Shown piece after piece: positions 1 to 9,412 of a DNA stretch of 64,000 nucleotides; position 1 is the first letter of the stretch, and each line of letters starts with the position of its first letter. The notes below the pieces were generated by a model. That model saw only the letters and a program-made list of their open reading frames with translations, searched no databases and was not told where the DNA came from. This DNA is from Candidatus Binatia bacterium (GTDB taxonomy: Bacteria; Desulfobacterota; Binatia; Bin18), in NCBI GenBank assembly GCA_963664395.2, contig OY761159.2, positions 1,984,001 through 2,048,000 on the forward strand, read 5' to 3'. The position numbers and the translations under genes are program-made.

Positions 1-1
1 T

Positions 2-346
2 GCCCTGGCGTCCAAAAAGGTCATTGTGTCCGCCGAAGAGATCATCGAAACGGACGAATTTCGGCGCGACCCGGCCCGGACCTCAATCCCTCATTTTACG
101 GTCGATGCGGTCGTGCATGCGCCGTTTGGTGCGTATCCGGGGACCGTCCAAGGACGCTATGCCTCCGATGTCCAGCATGTGGTCGAGTGTTTCGGCGGGA
201 CCATGCGCGGCGACCTGCAACCCTATCTTGAAAAATGGGTGTACGGTGTGGACTCGCACGACGAAATGCTGGAAAAGCGCGTCGGGTGGAAAAAACTCCA
301 GGAGTTACAACGACGCGAAACCATTCGGGAGGGATACTCGATATGA
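2..346 (+). CDS. CoA-transferase subunit A (glutaconate CoA-transferase-like), 5'-truncated by window edge
   Basis: Open frame from base 2 (ALASKKVIVSAEEII...TSIPHFTVDAVVHAPFGAYP), typical of the CoA-transferase alpha C-terminus. ATGA overlap with the next gene. Confidence 0.8.
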   Translation, partial: ALASKKVIVSAEEIIETDEFRRDPARTSIPHFTVDAVVHAPFGAYPGTVQGRYASDVQHVVECFGGTMRGDLQPYLEKWVYGVDSHDEMLEKRVGWKKLQELQRRETIREGYSI

Positions 347-1194
347 CACCGGCCACACATTTTGCGGAACGAGAACATTTGATCTGTACCGTTTCGCGGG
401 TCATTGAAGAAGAAAAAAGCTATTGGGTCGGCGGTGGCGGAGAGCCCTTATACAGCATTTTGCTGGCCCAGCGGCTGTACGCCTCAGGCGTCCAGTACAT
501 GACCGAGGATGGCGTGATTGCCCCGCAGTCCATGATGCCCTGGGACCCGCTGATGACCATGGTGGCTTCCCGGGCCGGCTACCGCGCCCTCCAGTGGGGA
601 ACGATGAATACTGCGGGGAATTTTGCCCAGCTCGGCTATGTCGATGTCGGCATCCTCAACACCCTACAGGTGGACCGCTACGGTAATATCAATTCGACCG
701 TCTTGGGGGAATACGAAGGCGGCCAGGGCCGGCGTTTTGGCGGGCCAGGTGGAGCCGATACTATTGCAGCCCAATGCTGGCGCACAATTCTGATGACCGA
801 CCAACAAAAGCGTAAATTCCCTGAACGGGTGGACTTTATTTCATCACCGGGCTTTCTCGACGGACCGGGGGCTCGCGAGGCAAACGGCCTGCCAGCGGGA
901 ACCGGTCCGTGGCGCGTGTTCACCCCGTGGGCGATGTTTGGCTATGAAGAAAAGTCGTGCGAGCTGATGCTCATGGCTGTTTCACCGTTTGTCACGGTTG
1001 ATATGGTCCTGGCCGAGATGTCCTTTGAGCCGAAAATAGCCCCAACCATTGAAACGCTTGATCCACCCATGGAAGAAGAGTTGGAGATCATCCGCACCCA
1101 GCTTGATACAGATGGACAAACAACGGGTCGCGGACAGTGGATTGAAAAACGGGATGACAAATACGTCTTTGCCGAAACGCAGGGACGCGAGTAA
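343..1194 (+). CDS. CoA-transferase subunit B
   Basis: Motifs QVDRYGNINST, GPGGADTIA and FPERVDFISSPG. ATG at 343 overlaps the upstream stop, with GGAGG upstream. Confidence 0.85.
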   Translation: MTPATHFAEREHLICTVSRVIEEEKSYWVGGGGEPLYSILLAQRLYASGVQYMTEDGVIAPQSMMPWDPLMTMVASRAGYRALQWGTMNTAGNFAQLGYVDVGILNTLQVDRYGNINSTVLGEYEGGQGRRFGGPGGADTIAAQCWRTILMTDQQKRKFPERVDFISSPGFLDGPGAREANGLPAGTGPWRVFTPWAMFGYEEKSCELMLMAVSPFVTVDMVLAEMSFEPKIAPTIETLDPPMEEELEIIRTQLDTDGQTTGRGQWIEKRDDKYVFAETQGRE

Positions 1195-1274
1195 GGGGCT
1201 TCAAAGTCTTTGAGTCTGTATCTTGATGGTGTCCAGGGGTGCTGTAGCCCTTTTCTTTTCCCCTCCCCTTTGCC

Positions 1275-1763
1275 TTACCCCTTGTCTCCTCTCATACTAT
1301 CAATATTCTGGCCTGTTTCTTCAGCCCATTGTTGAGTAATTTTTTCTAACGTTGCTGCCTTTGCATTCGTCAGACTGTGGACAAAGCGTACCACTTTCGT
1401 GTGTCGCCTGATGGGAAGCCTTTTATGCGCTGGCGTTGACTCAAAGGGGAAAAATATCTCACGATACAGTGTAGCTACGATTTTACGGGTTTGTTTCTTG
1501 TCAATATTGCCCCAGCACCAGCGGAAAAATTCTTGGAGTTGCACTACGAGGAGGCCGAAGAAGAAAGCTTCTATCCATTCCCTGGACGACATATTTTGTC
1601 GTCCACCAGGTAGCTCGCTCCTCTTTGCCACCTTCTTCTTGGCTACTACTTTTTTCTTGGCTACCGGCTTCTTTACGGTCGTGGTACGTGTTGTTTTTGG
1701 TGGTGTTACCTTTTTTTTCAGGCGAACTGTTGGTTTCTGCTCCTTTTGCGCCTTCCTCGCCAT
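1275..1763 (-). CDS. Hypothetical protein with Lys-rich (histone H1-like) N-terminus and one hydrophobic segment
   Basis: 162-aa ORF containing KKPVAKKKVVAKKKVAKR; the DNA is visibly AT-richer than the flanks. Confidence 0.5.
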   Translation of the reverse strand: MARKAQKEQKPTVRLKKKVTPPKTTRTTTVKKPVAKKKVVAKKKVAKRSELPGGRQNMSSREWIEAFFFGLLVVQLQEFFRWCWGNIDKKQTRKIVATLYREIFFPFESTPAHKRLPIRRHTKVVRFVHSLTNAKAATLEKITQQWAEETGQNIDSMRGDKG

Positions 1764-2049
1764 CCCCGTATCATACCAAGACTTTCCCTTACGTCCATCA
1801 TTTTCTGGAATGGGCTGCTAATTTTTCTCTGCAATATATGCCTTCGTTGATCTGTTTTGGGCAAAGGTCTTTTTACAACAGTGACTTAAACAATATATAA
1901 CGAGAGGCTTTCTCCGGGAGAAATCCCTTCTCTCCACGATGACGGAGTAATGGAGGCGAGGTTGCCTTAAGTTTTGGGAGGATTTTAAGCTTTTCTGATT
2001 TCCAAACTTGGTGCCCCACCACTTTGTCCTTCATACTAATGTGCGGGGG

Positions 2050-3246
2050 TCAGTCGTCGCCAAACACAAACTCTGGTGGAACTTCCCAGTTTCGACAGAC
2101 CTCAAGTTGCTTGGCGATCTCCGCAACGTTATTGAGCGTACGCGAGGGAACCTCTTTGTTCCCTCGATGCGTCCAATCTTCCGGTCGTCCGATTTCCACG
2201 AAAACCTCCTCGACCGGGAATGGTTTTCCCCCAGTGAACTCTCTGAAATCATCCTGTTTTTCGTCATACAGATACGTAAAATCCATGAGGTATGGCTTTG
2301 AGGCTGTCGGCGCAACTTCTCGATCCAGGAAAAACTCCTCCCGAACGGCGTGGTCCGTGTGAAGCACACCCTCATAGCGGGTCCAGTCCTTATTTTCCAG
2401 GACCGTTGGAACCTGAGATAAGGGACAAGCAACATCGGCGGCCAACGCCTTCCCGTCTGGAGCGACCGGGCGCAGCCATGTCGCTCGTCCTTGCTCTAGT
2501 GGCTCAGTGCTATTTGTCCCACGGGTCGGTGTCGCATTCTGGATCGTGACCATGGCCTGCTTCAATGCCCATTCACGACTATCTGTCTTTTGCTGATACC
2601 AGTCGCGGAAAGCGATCATGTGTCCGGGGCTATTCGCGGTAAACGCGATACCCCCAGGGAATCGATGATCGTGCCACCATCGGCCGTCCCCCGCGCACGC
2701 GAAGTAGTCCAGATTGAACTGGTATCCGTAGAACGCCCCGCTGTTTGGGTCCTTCAGATAGAGGAAATCGCTTGTCACCGGATTGGACTGACGCGCTCCG
2801 CGTGAGCTAGTTCCCCATCTGGCTAGTTCCAGAATGCGGTCGCTCAACGCGCGTAGATGCCGGTCCGGTGCGGCGAAGGCTACCCGTGGCGAGGCCACGA
2901 CAAGCACGAAGCTGTGGGCACTCCAGACAGGATCGAACGCAGCTCTCTGTTTCCACAGTCGTTTCTCTTCGGCGATTTTCTCGGCGATCTCGTCATCGCT
3001 CCAACCCAACCCAGCTCTCTCAGAGAGGAAACAGAAATGGCTGCGACCTTGTTTGGCTGCGATACGCCCAAACTGACAGGGCTGCCTTCGCAGGCACCAT
3101 AAGTTCACGCATTCAGCCATTTCCGCTTCTGTCGCAGCGCTGTTATGAAGGAGCGCATTCGCCTGGAGTAGATCATCACTGAATGGGTGAGAAAGCCGCC
3201 AGGCATCGCCCGACAAGCGCTCGATCAGATCCGCTACGGCAGTCAT
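2050..3246 (-). CDS. Hypothetical protein, last gene of the CHAT/adenylation operon; possible metal- or heme-binding enzyme
   Basis: 398 aa. ATGA overlap with the upstream gene and GGAGG RBS. Motifs QPCQFG, WWHDHRFPGG, GHM and HTDH. Confidence 0.75.
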   Translation of the reverse strand: MTAVADLIERLSGDAWRLSHPFSDDLLQANALLHNSAATEAEMAECVNLWCLRRQPCQFGRIAAKQGRSHFCFLSERAGLGWSDDEIAEKIAEEKRLWKQRAAFDPVWSAHSFVLVVASPRVAFAAPDRHLRALSDRILELARWGTSSRGARQSNPVTSDFLYLKDPNSGAFYGYQFNLDYFACAGDGRWWHDHRFPGGIAFTANSPGHMIAFRDWYQQKTDSREWALKQAMVTIQNATPTRGTNSTEPLEQGRATWLRPVAPDGKALAADVACPLSQVPTVLENKDWTRYEGVLHTDHAVREEFFLDREVAPTASKPYLMDFTYLYDEKQDDFREFTGGKPFPVEEVFVEIGRPEDWTHRGNKEVPSRTLNNVAEIAKQLEVCRNWEVPPEFVFGDD

Positions 3247-5078
3247 CCGTCCTCCTCCCTACCTCCAACAAGTGGGCCTCTAGGGGCGTTCTCACCAGAG
3301 ATGAGCACTGGCACCTCGCGGGACCCGCACGCGACTCTGGCAATATCGAACGCATCGCACATCGTCCGACCGTCTCCCAAGGCCCCGTACAATGCCTGGC
3401 TGAAGGTGATAGCGGTGGAGTCTGAGACCTTGCTCGGCCACCCAACGGCGTATCCTGTGCCCCCTTCGCCTACTAGGTCGCGTGCAAACCTCTCCGACTC
3501 ACACGCATTCAGCACGCACAACACCACGTCCTCTTCTATCGTCTTCAGTACCGTCAGGAACTCCTCCGCACTGAGAGCGGTCTCGTTCGCCAATAGATGA
3601 TGGTCTTCAATGATCGAGAGACTACGCTCGTTTCCGTGTCCGGCAAAGTGCACGATCTTTGGCCGATGACGATACGCGTAGGCAAGCCTTTCTCGGGTAG
3701 CAGCCAGAATGGAATCTCCTAGATAGATTGAGTCTTTATGCTCGCTTGCACGTAAAGCATCTTGGATCGCGTGATACTCATTGGGCATCTGGATCTGATT
3801 CAGTTGGGAGCCGCCTCGATCCCCGGCAATGAATAGGATCTTTACCGAATTCCGGCTATCCGCTTCGCTTGTGGGTTGCTCTTGGCTCGGTGGTAGATCG
3901 CTGACATCCGACAATACATGAAATACCTGATCGATTCCCACCGATGGTACTCGGACATCCCCGCTCAGCACTGGAACCTTGAAATAGCACTCGAAGCCTG
4001 CCGAGCTTTCACCCTTCCTCAGCACCGTATGAAAATTCGGCAGTGCCTCCCGGCGCTCGCTGAAAGCTTTGGCAGCGCCGAGCACACCCGTTGTGTGGAT
4101 GCCGTTCACAAGGACCACCGTGGACTCTTCGTTCAACGGATTGGGAAAACGAGCAAAATACCCAACGTCCTTACATATCCGCCGCTGCCCCGTGACGCCG
4201 CTGCCTGGCCCATCGCGGTACTCCGCGTGGAGTTCTAGCGGCGCGTCCTCGTCCATTATGACCGTCATCTGCTCACAGTCATCGGAATAGGATATCCGTG
4301 AGTGGACTGCCTCCATCATCTCCTTACAAACGCTATTCCCGATGTCGGAAGTAGAGCCGGGGCCGCCGAGCACGACAAGGTTGCCACTCGTATGACCGTC
4401 GGGGAGATTGCCAGAGTGGAAGTGTTGGATCGTGGCGCTGGGATAGTGTCCTGAGAGGAAAACCATAAGCTCAAGCAGTGCATCTTGGTCCCCGAGGTTG
4501 TCCAGGTAGGTATAATCGGGACTTGAGCGATTCGCATACTCACCGGGCTCGTGATTCTGTGGGCATACAACCCAGATGGTGCTTGTTCTCCGAGGAAACC
4601 AGAACCGGAAGATCAGTTCCTCCTGGATCTGCGCCTCAGGAATCGCCCGAAAAATCTCGGTCTCGAATGCGGAATCAGACTGGAAGAGTTCGTTCATTGA
4701 ACGATACAGAATCGGGTCTGAAATTCCCCAATTCAGTCGCTTAGCGATAGGCTCGGATTCCATATCGCCTACAAGAATTCCGGGTACGCGAGCACCTTGC
4801 AACCGTCCAGCGTATAAGGCTAGCTTCTCATCGCTCTCGCTCACGTCAAGAACAGCGACCGCGTACCCAGAGCGCCACTCCCGCTCCTCACCGGCTTCCT
4901 CAGAATTCAGAAATGCGGTCTGAACTTCTATCGTTGGGTGCTTTTCCCTAAGTCGTTGTTCGACACGTTTTACTACCTCCGTCACGCCATAGCGGAATCC
5001 ATCAACGGCGCGCCTATCCCATCCTGCGGCATGCACTGCGACCACAACGAGCTGCAATGCGTCGGTTCCCTCGCTCAC
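3243..5078 (-). CDS. Multidomain CHAT (caspase-like) protease: degenerate NDT/TIR-like domain + NLVVLGGP domain + CHAT
   Basis: C-terminal KILFIAG...PKIVHFAGHG...VLNACES carries an intact His-Cys dyad. Start reassigned to GTG 5078 because of the GTGA overlap with the upstream stop at 5075-5077. Confidence 0.85.
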   Translation of the reverse strand: MSEGTDALQLVVVAVHAAGWDRRAVDGFRYGVTEVVKRVEQRLREKHPTIEVQTAFLNSEEAGEEREWRSGYAVAVLDVSESDEKLALYAGRLQGARVPGILVGDMESEPIAKRLNWGISDPILYRSMNELFQSDSAFETEIFRAIPEAQIQEELIFRFWFPRRTSTIWVVCPQNHEPGEYANRSSPDYTYLDNLGDQDALLELMVFLSGHYPSATIQHFHSGNLPDGHTSGNLVVLGGPGSTSDIGNSVCKEMMEAVHSRISYSDDCEQMTVIMDEDAPLELHAEYRDGPGSGVTGQRRICKDVGYFARFPNPLNEESTVVLVNGIHTTGVLGAAKAFSERREALPNFHTVLRKGESSAGFECYFKVPVLSGDVRVPSVGIDQVFHVLSDVSDLPPSQEQPTSEADSRNSVKILFIAGDRGGSQLNQIQMPNEYHAIQDALRASEHKDSIYLGDSILAATRERLAYAYRHRPKIVHFAGHGNERSLSIIEDHHLLANETALSAEEFLTVLKTIEEDVVLCVLNACESERFARDLVGEGGTGYAVGWPSKVSDSTAITFSQALYGALGDGRTMCDAFDIARVACGSREVPVLISGENAPRGPLVGGREEDG

Positions 5079-5683
5079 ACGTCCCTCAGCTTGATCAGTC
5101 CATAACAGTCGGCAATCGGTCGCCGCTTTCCATCCCGCAGGACCACCCCTTCTGGTACGTCGCATGTTACGCGCTCTCCCGCAGCGACGTAAGCGCGCGG
5201 TCCTATCGTTATCCCACCGATAAGGACCGCACCGACTCCCACAACGCTACCGCGCTTGATGATCGGAGATGACTCCACAGTGTCGTCCCAGTCGCCGGTT
5301 GTATCGGCGTACGAGTGCGCTGTTTCGCCCTGAAATCTCACCCAGTCTTCGACAATTGTCCGGTCAACCAACTCGCCTGCAATGATACAGTTCTCGCCGA
5401 TCGAGACCTCGTCAAAGATCTGCGCGCGATAAAGCACGCGGGTTCCCGTTCCGATCCGGGAACCGTACGATATTCGGCAGTAATGATCGACCTCTACACG
5501 GTCCGCCAGATGCACTCCGCCTTCGATTAGACAGAAAGCGCCAATGCAGACACCACCCCCAATGGAAACGGGCTCTTCTTCAGTTGCCTCATAACCAACG
5601 TAGCTACAGAAGCCGACCGACGCATTTCCGTTGAAACGGGTCGTGGGGTGGACATGAGCCGACGTGTCGATTTGGATGTTCAT
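5075..5683 (-). CDS. Left-handed beta-helix (hexapeptide repeat) acyl/acetyltransferase
   Basis: Hexapeptide repeats IGGGVCIGAFCLI, IGTGTRV and IGENCII. The C-terminal IKRGSVVGVGAVLIGGITIG..AYVAAG..VT.DVP resembles sugar N-acetyltransferases. Confidence 0.85.
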   Translation of the reverse strand: MNIQIDTSAHVHPTTRFNGNASVGFCSYVGYEATEEEPVSIGGGVCIGAFCLIEGGVHLADRVEVDHYCRISYGSRIGTGTRVLYRAQIFDEVSIGENCIIAGELVDRTIVEDWVRFQGETAHSYADTTGDWDDTVESSPIIKRGSVVGVGAVLIGGITIGPRAYVAAGERVTCDVPEGVVLRDGKRRPIADCYGLIKLRDV

Positions 5684-6495
5684 TCGCGGTCAGCCTCCTC
5701 GATGAATCGGGAGATAATATTCCACACCTCGCGGTGCTTCTCCTTGGTCGCAGGCGACGACAAGTCTTCATCGTCGCCCACTCCGAATCCGTGGTCGGTG
5801 CCGGGAATATTGATGAGCGTACAATGCTCATACATCCGTGCAAAACGTTCAGATGAAGAGTACGACACGATCGAATCTTTATCGCCGTGGAGAATGAGGG
5901 CATTGCACTTAAGCTGCGGTAATCCTTCGGCCCCGGAAATGAAGCGGAGTTCGTTCAGCAGGGCTGCGCCATACTGAATCTCGTCCGTCTCCACATACCC
6001 TTGCCGTTGGAGCCCTTGGGCTATTTCCTCACGCAACTTGCCATCCACGATTGCCCCGTGCTGCCCCAATACATCCTCCTCATAATCAATCACTGGCGCT
6101 AGCATGACCACCGACCTGACGGGAACTAACGTTTTTGCAGCCCAATAGGCCGACAGTCCGCCGCCAAAGCTCATACCAATCACATGAACAGATGATGCGT
6201 GCGCATGTGCCAGTGCCGCAGCCGCTGCGGCCTCGATGTCGTTGACGATCCCGGCCAGCGTCATTGTCTTCATAGGCATTTTGCTCGCACCGTGACATCG
6301 ATAGTCGAACCTGAATGACGGCACCCCTTTTTTCGCCAAGTGCTCTGAGAGCCCGGAGAACAGACCGAACTCGTCTCGCGATGACGTAATCCCATGTATG
6401 AGGATCGCGAGACCGTTGCTTCCTATAGTGCCAGTCGTATAAGTGCCTTCCAAGGACGTGCCGTCAAAGCTTCGAAACCGCAGCGTTGTCTCCAC
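5680..6495 (-). CDS. Alpha/beta hydrolase (thioesterase/esterase-like)
   Basis: HG oxyanion motif, RFDYRCHGAS, nucleophile GMSFG, HGDKD and DHGF give a Ser-Asp-His triad. GTG start overlaps the upstream TAG. Confidence 0.88.
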   Translation of the reverse strand: METTLRFRSFDGTSLEGTYTTGTIGSNGLAILIHGITSSRDEFGLFSGLSEHLAKKGVPSFRFDYRCHGASKMPMKTMTLAGIVNDIEAAAAAALAHAHASSVHVIGMSFGGGLSAYWAAKTLVPVRSVVMLAPVIDYEEDVLGQHGAIVDGKLREEIAQGLQRQGYVETDEIQYGAALLNELRFISGAEGLPQLKCNALILHGDKDSIVSYSSSERFARMYEHCTLINIPGTDHGFGVGDDEDLSSPATKEKHREVWNIISRFIEEADRE

Positions 6496-7646
6496 TATTT
6501 CCTCCCTTTAAGCGTCATCGCCGCCATGGCATGCTGTACTGTCTCGTGAGCAGGCAACGACGAATAAGACGTATGCTTAGCGATTGCGTCCACACACCAA
6601 TCCTGCAGAATCGTCCTTTCTCTCACGCACAAGTCTCCAGAGCGCAGTACCGCCTCTACCGCACTCAAGCCATAGTCGTTCAAGCACGACCGCACTGGCC
6701 CATCTGCTGTTGATTGATGGGCCAGTTCCATCACCTCAGCGATACGTGTGGTCGGTAGCACCTCGGGACTGGGCGTATATTGAGCAAGAGCACCTAGTGT
6801 CGCCAGAGGAGTCCGTTTTTCTCCATCGCGATGTACACACAGGCAATCAAACACCAGGTCACCGGCGAGTTCAAACAGGATATCGCTAAGAGTCGCTCGC
6901 CGCGGTTCTGGCGGAGCATGCTGCACGACCTGTTCGCTACGTACGACTCGGACCTTCCCGCTGATACTGTGTAGCAAACACCACAGCCAATCCTCGTTAT
7001 ACCCAGGCGGAAAGGCGAACAATTGTGTCGGATGGAGGCTGAACGCCATATATCCAGCGCTCACCCATCCGCCGTCGATATCCCCCATGTCATCACTACT
7101 AGCCGTGCAATTGATCTGCCGCGACTCCAGCCCTCGAATCGACTCGTGCAGCCGAGTGAGTGTGTCCATTTCTGATTGGCCATCGATCTCAGCGCCAACG
7201 ATTAAGCCCTGGGACCCAGGCGCCAGTTGCTCAAGACGCTCGTGCGTCAGTTCAAGGTCAAAACCGCAAATATCGTCATCTATGAGAATGGTCGTGCGTG
7301 CTCTTACCGCAGCCGAGAGCAGGAGAGCGAGGTTCCTCAGTGGAGCAATATCGCGCCGCGCTGTCCTGAATTGCCACTCCAATGCTGATCCACCCGTCAC
7401 CCCTGCGATTGTCTCGTACAATTGAGTAGGCATGAGGTGTGTGACCATTGCAGGCGACTTGCGCGCTACAGTAGTCAGTAGATAGGCATTCTCCGCCGCA
7501 ACCCTGGCCGTGGAATCGTCGAGAACCGTCAGGACATCGCATCGCCTCAGTTTCATGACCGCCGTGTAAACGCTGCGTTCGAGCACCTCGGTCCGGTCTT
7601 GCGTGAGGATGATTGCGTGCACACGAATCGAATCGAATTTGTCCAT
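6495..7646 (-). CDS. GT-A fold (glycosyltransferase family 2-like) protein
   Basis: IILTQDR..LERSV, VLDDS, RNLALL, DxD-like IDDDI and PPGYNEDWLW motifs. Confidence 0.7.
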   Translation of the reverse strand: MDKFDSIRVHAIILTQDRTEVLERSVYTAVMKLRRCDVLTVLDDSTARVAAENAYLLTTVARKSPAMVTHLMPTQLYETIAGVTGGSALEWQFRTARRDIAPLRNLALLLSAAVRARTTILIDDDICGFDLELTHERLEQLAPGSQGLIVGAEIDGQSEMDTLTRLHESIRGLESRQINCTASSDDMGDIDGGWVSAGYMAFSLHPTQLFAFPPGYNEDWLWCLLHSISGKVRVVRSEQVVQHAPPEPRRATLSDILFELAGDLVFDCLCVHRDGEKRTPLATLGALAQYTPSPEVLPTTRIAEVMELAHQSTADGPVRSCLNDYGLSAVEAVLRSGDLCVRERTILQDWCVDAIAKHTSYSSLPAHETVQHAMAAMTLKGRK

Positions 7647-7900
7647 TACTCTCCGTTCGTTCGAGACTGACGATCAAAGAATTCGCAAATGGCCTTCATG
7701 GTCCTCAGCTCCCACGCTTCGTCATCATCAATACTGACTTCCAGTACCTCTTCGATAGCTTCAATAATCTCCACGTGACCCAAACTGTCCCATCCGTGAT
7801 GCCGAAGCATCTTAGATTCTCTGGAGAGAGATTCCTTGGGGCATTTAAGAGCCTCCGCAACGACATCAAACGGATCTGGTGGGGTAGCACCCAATGTCAT
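7646..7900 (-). CDS. Acyl/peptidyl carrier protein
   Basis: 84 aa, acidic, with the GWDSLGHVEII phosphopantetheinylation motif. Confidence 0.9.
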   Translation of the reverse strand: MTLGATPPDPFDVVAEALKCPKESLSRESKMLRHHGWDSLGHVEIIEAIEEVLEVSIDDDEAWELRTMKAICEFFDRQSRTNGE

Positions 7901-9399
7901 GATTCTATCTCCCGGAGAAGCGCTTCACGATCAATTTTCCCGCTCTGATTCCGTGGCAGGCTCGGCAATGCACGGATTACCCGTGGAATGGCGTGGAACG
8001 GGAGGAAAGGTCGTAAGGAGTTCTGGATCTGCTCCTGATTGAGTGGCTCAATCGATTCAACGAAGGCGTACAACTCGTCGTCCTTGCAGATAGTATAGGC
8101 ATCGTGAAAACCTATCTGGCGAAGCCGGCTTTCAATCTCTCCTGGTTCGATGCGCTCACCGTTGGTCTTTATCTGCCGGTCGATGCGTCCCGAACAATAG
8201 AGACGACCGCCCCGACGCACTCCCCAATCCCCGGTGAAGTAACATCGCCGGATGCGCGAGTCGGCGAATTCAACCTGGCGAAAGGCCGCTCGGGTTTGCT
8301 CCTCGTCGTGCCAATAACCGGTGCTAAGGAAGTCACCGGCTACGACGATTTCCCCTTCCTCGTCGTCATGCTCACCACGCAGATGAGTGCTCCAACCGGG
8401 GACGTCTTCTCCGATGGCGGCCGACTCCAGCTCACACGAGTCCATGAAATTTTTGGCCGTCAAGCGGTTGAGTGTGTTGAAACCAATGGTTTCAGTAGTG
8501 CCATAGGTATTAAAGACAGTGAGGTCTGGACAGACGTTGAACAACGCCTGAAGTTGTTCACGACGCAGGGGTTCTCCACAGAAACTCATCACACGGAGAG
8601 AGGCCAGATACTCGCCCGTCGGTTGCTTGCCACGTAGCATGAAATTAAGCGCACTTGGAACTGATTGCCATACCGAAATGCGTCTATCCCTGATTACTCT
8701 CGCTGGCCTCAACCGCTCTGCTTCACTCAGTGGAACCAAAGTGCCGCGCTGCGTGAGCGCCATGAAGACGTCCATGACGCCGAGATCATGCGCGAGACGT
8801 GACCATTGGCCCCACTTTTCACCTGGAGACAAATTGAAGTAGCTCTGGCATACGCCAAGGAAGTGCGAGAAACCGCGCCGACTAATCTTTACGCCCTTCG
8901 GACGGCCCGTCGAGCCTGAGGTAAAAACGACGTATGCCACATCGCTCCGGTCGATAGCAGGGCTCACCGATCGCATCGACAGCGGTTTCATTAGGTCGGC
9001 ACTCGGAGTTGTATCTGGCAAAGCAGAAAGAAAGCTTGGTCGCGTGTTCTCATAGAGCACGACCTGGGGCGCAAAATCCTTGCAGATTGCCGCGTTTCGC
9101 TCCTCAGGTCCTGTTTCCGTTATCTCGACGGGACAGAATGTGCCTCCCGCGATGAGGGACCCGAGCATTGCCGCATACGCCCGTTGTGAAGACGGCAGGG
9201 CAATCAGTACCCGAGGGCACGGGTTTTCCGTGAGCTGTTGGATGGTTGCCGCCAATTGAGACGCGAGCGACGCGATCTCCTCGTAAGAGTGCGTCCCGTC
9301 AACTGTCTCCACAGCAGGGACTCTGGGACAGTCCTGGACGCATCTGAAGAATGCGTCTAGCAGGTCCACTGGTTCTTGACCGGAGCCTATAATCGCCAC
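7897..9399 (-). CDS. Stand-alone amino-acid adenylation enzyme (DltA/NRPS A-domain-like)
   Basis: Core motifs YVVFTSGSTGRPKGV, FCGEPL, NTYGTTE, YFTGD, GRIDRQIK and LPRNQSGKIDR. Confidence 0.92.
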   Translation of the reverse strand: MAIIGSGQEPVDLLDAFFRCVQDCPRVPAVETVDGTHSYEEIASLASQLAATIQQLTENPCPRVLIALPSSQRAYAAMLGSLIAGGTFCPVEITETGPEERNAAICKDFAPQVVLYENTRPSFLSALPDTTPSADLMKPLSMRSVSPAIDRSDVAYVVFTSGSTGRPKGVKISRRGFSHFLGVCQSYFNLSPGEKWGQWSRLAHDLGVMDVFMALTQRGTLVPLSEAERLRPARVIRDRRISVWQSVPSALNFMLRGKQPTGEYLASLRVMSFCGEPLRREQLQALFNVCPDLTVFNTYGTTETIGFNTLNRLTAKNFMDSCELESAAIGEDVPGWSTHLRGEHDDEEGEIVVAGDFLSTGYWHDEEQTRAAFRQVEFADSRIRRCYFTGDWGVRRGGRLYCSGRIDRQIKTNGERIEPGEIESRLRQIGFHDAYTICKDDELYAFVESIEPLNQEQIQNSLRPFLPFHAIPRVIRALPSLPRNQSGKIDREALLREIES

Positions 9400-9412
9400 G
9401 TTTCCCCCAACC

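Noticed and set aside
5079-5165. N-terminal extension of the CHAT ORF to 5165
   Set aside because: It overlaps the LbH gene; the GTGA coupling at 5078 is a better start.
7646-9399. dltA/dltC teichoic-acid D-alanylation operon
   Set aside because: No DltB (MBOAT) or DltD is present and the neighbours are unrelated, so gene symbols were withheld.
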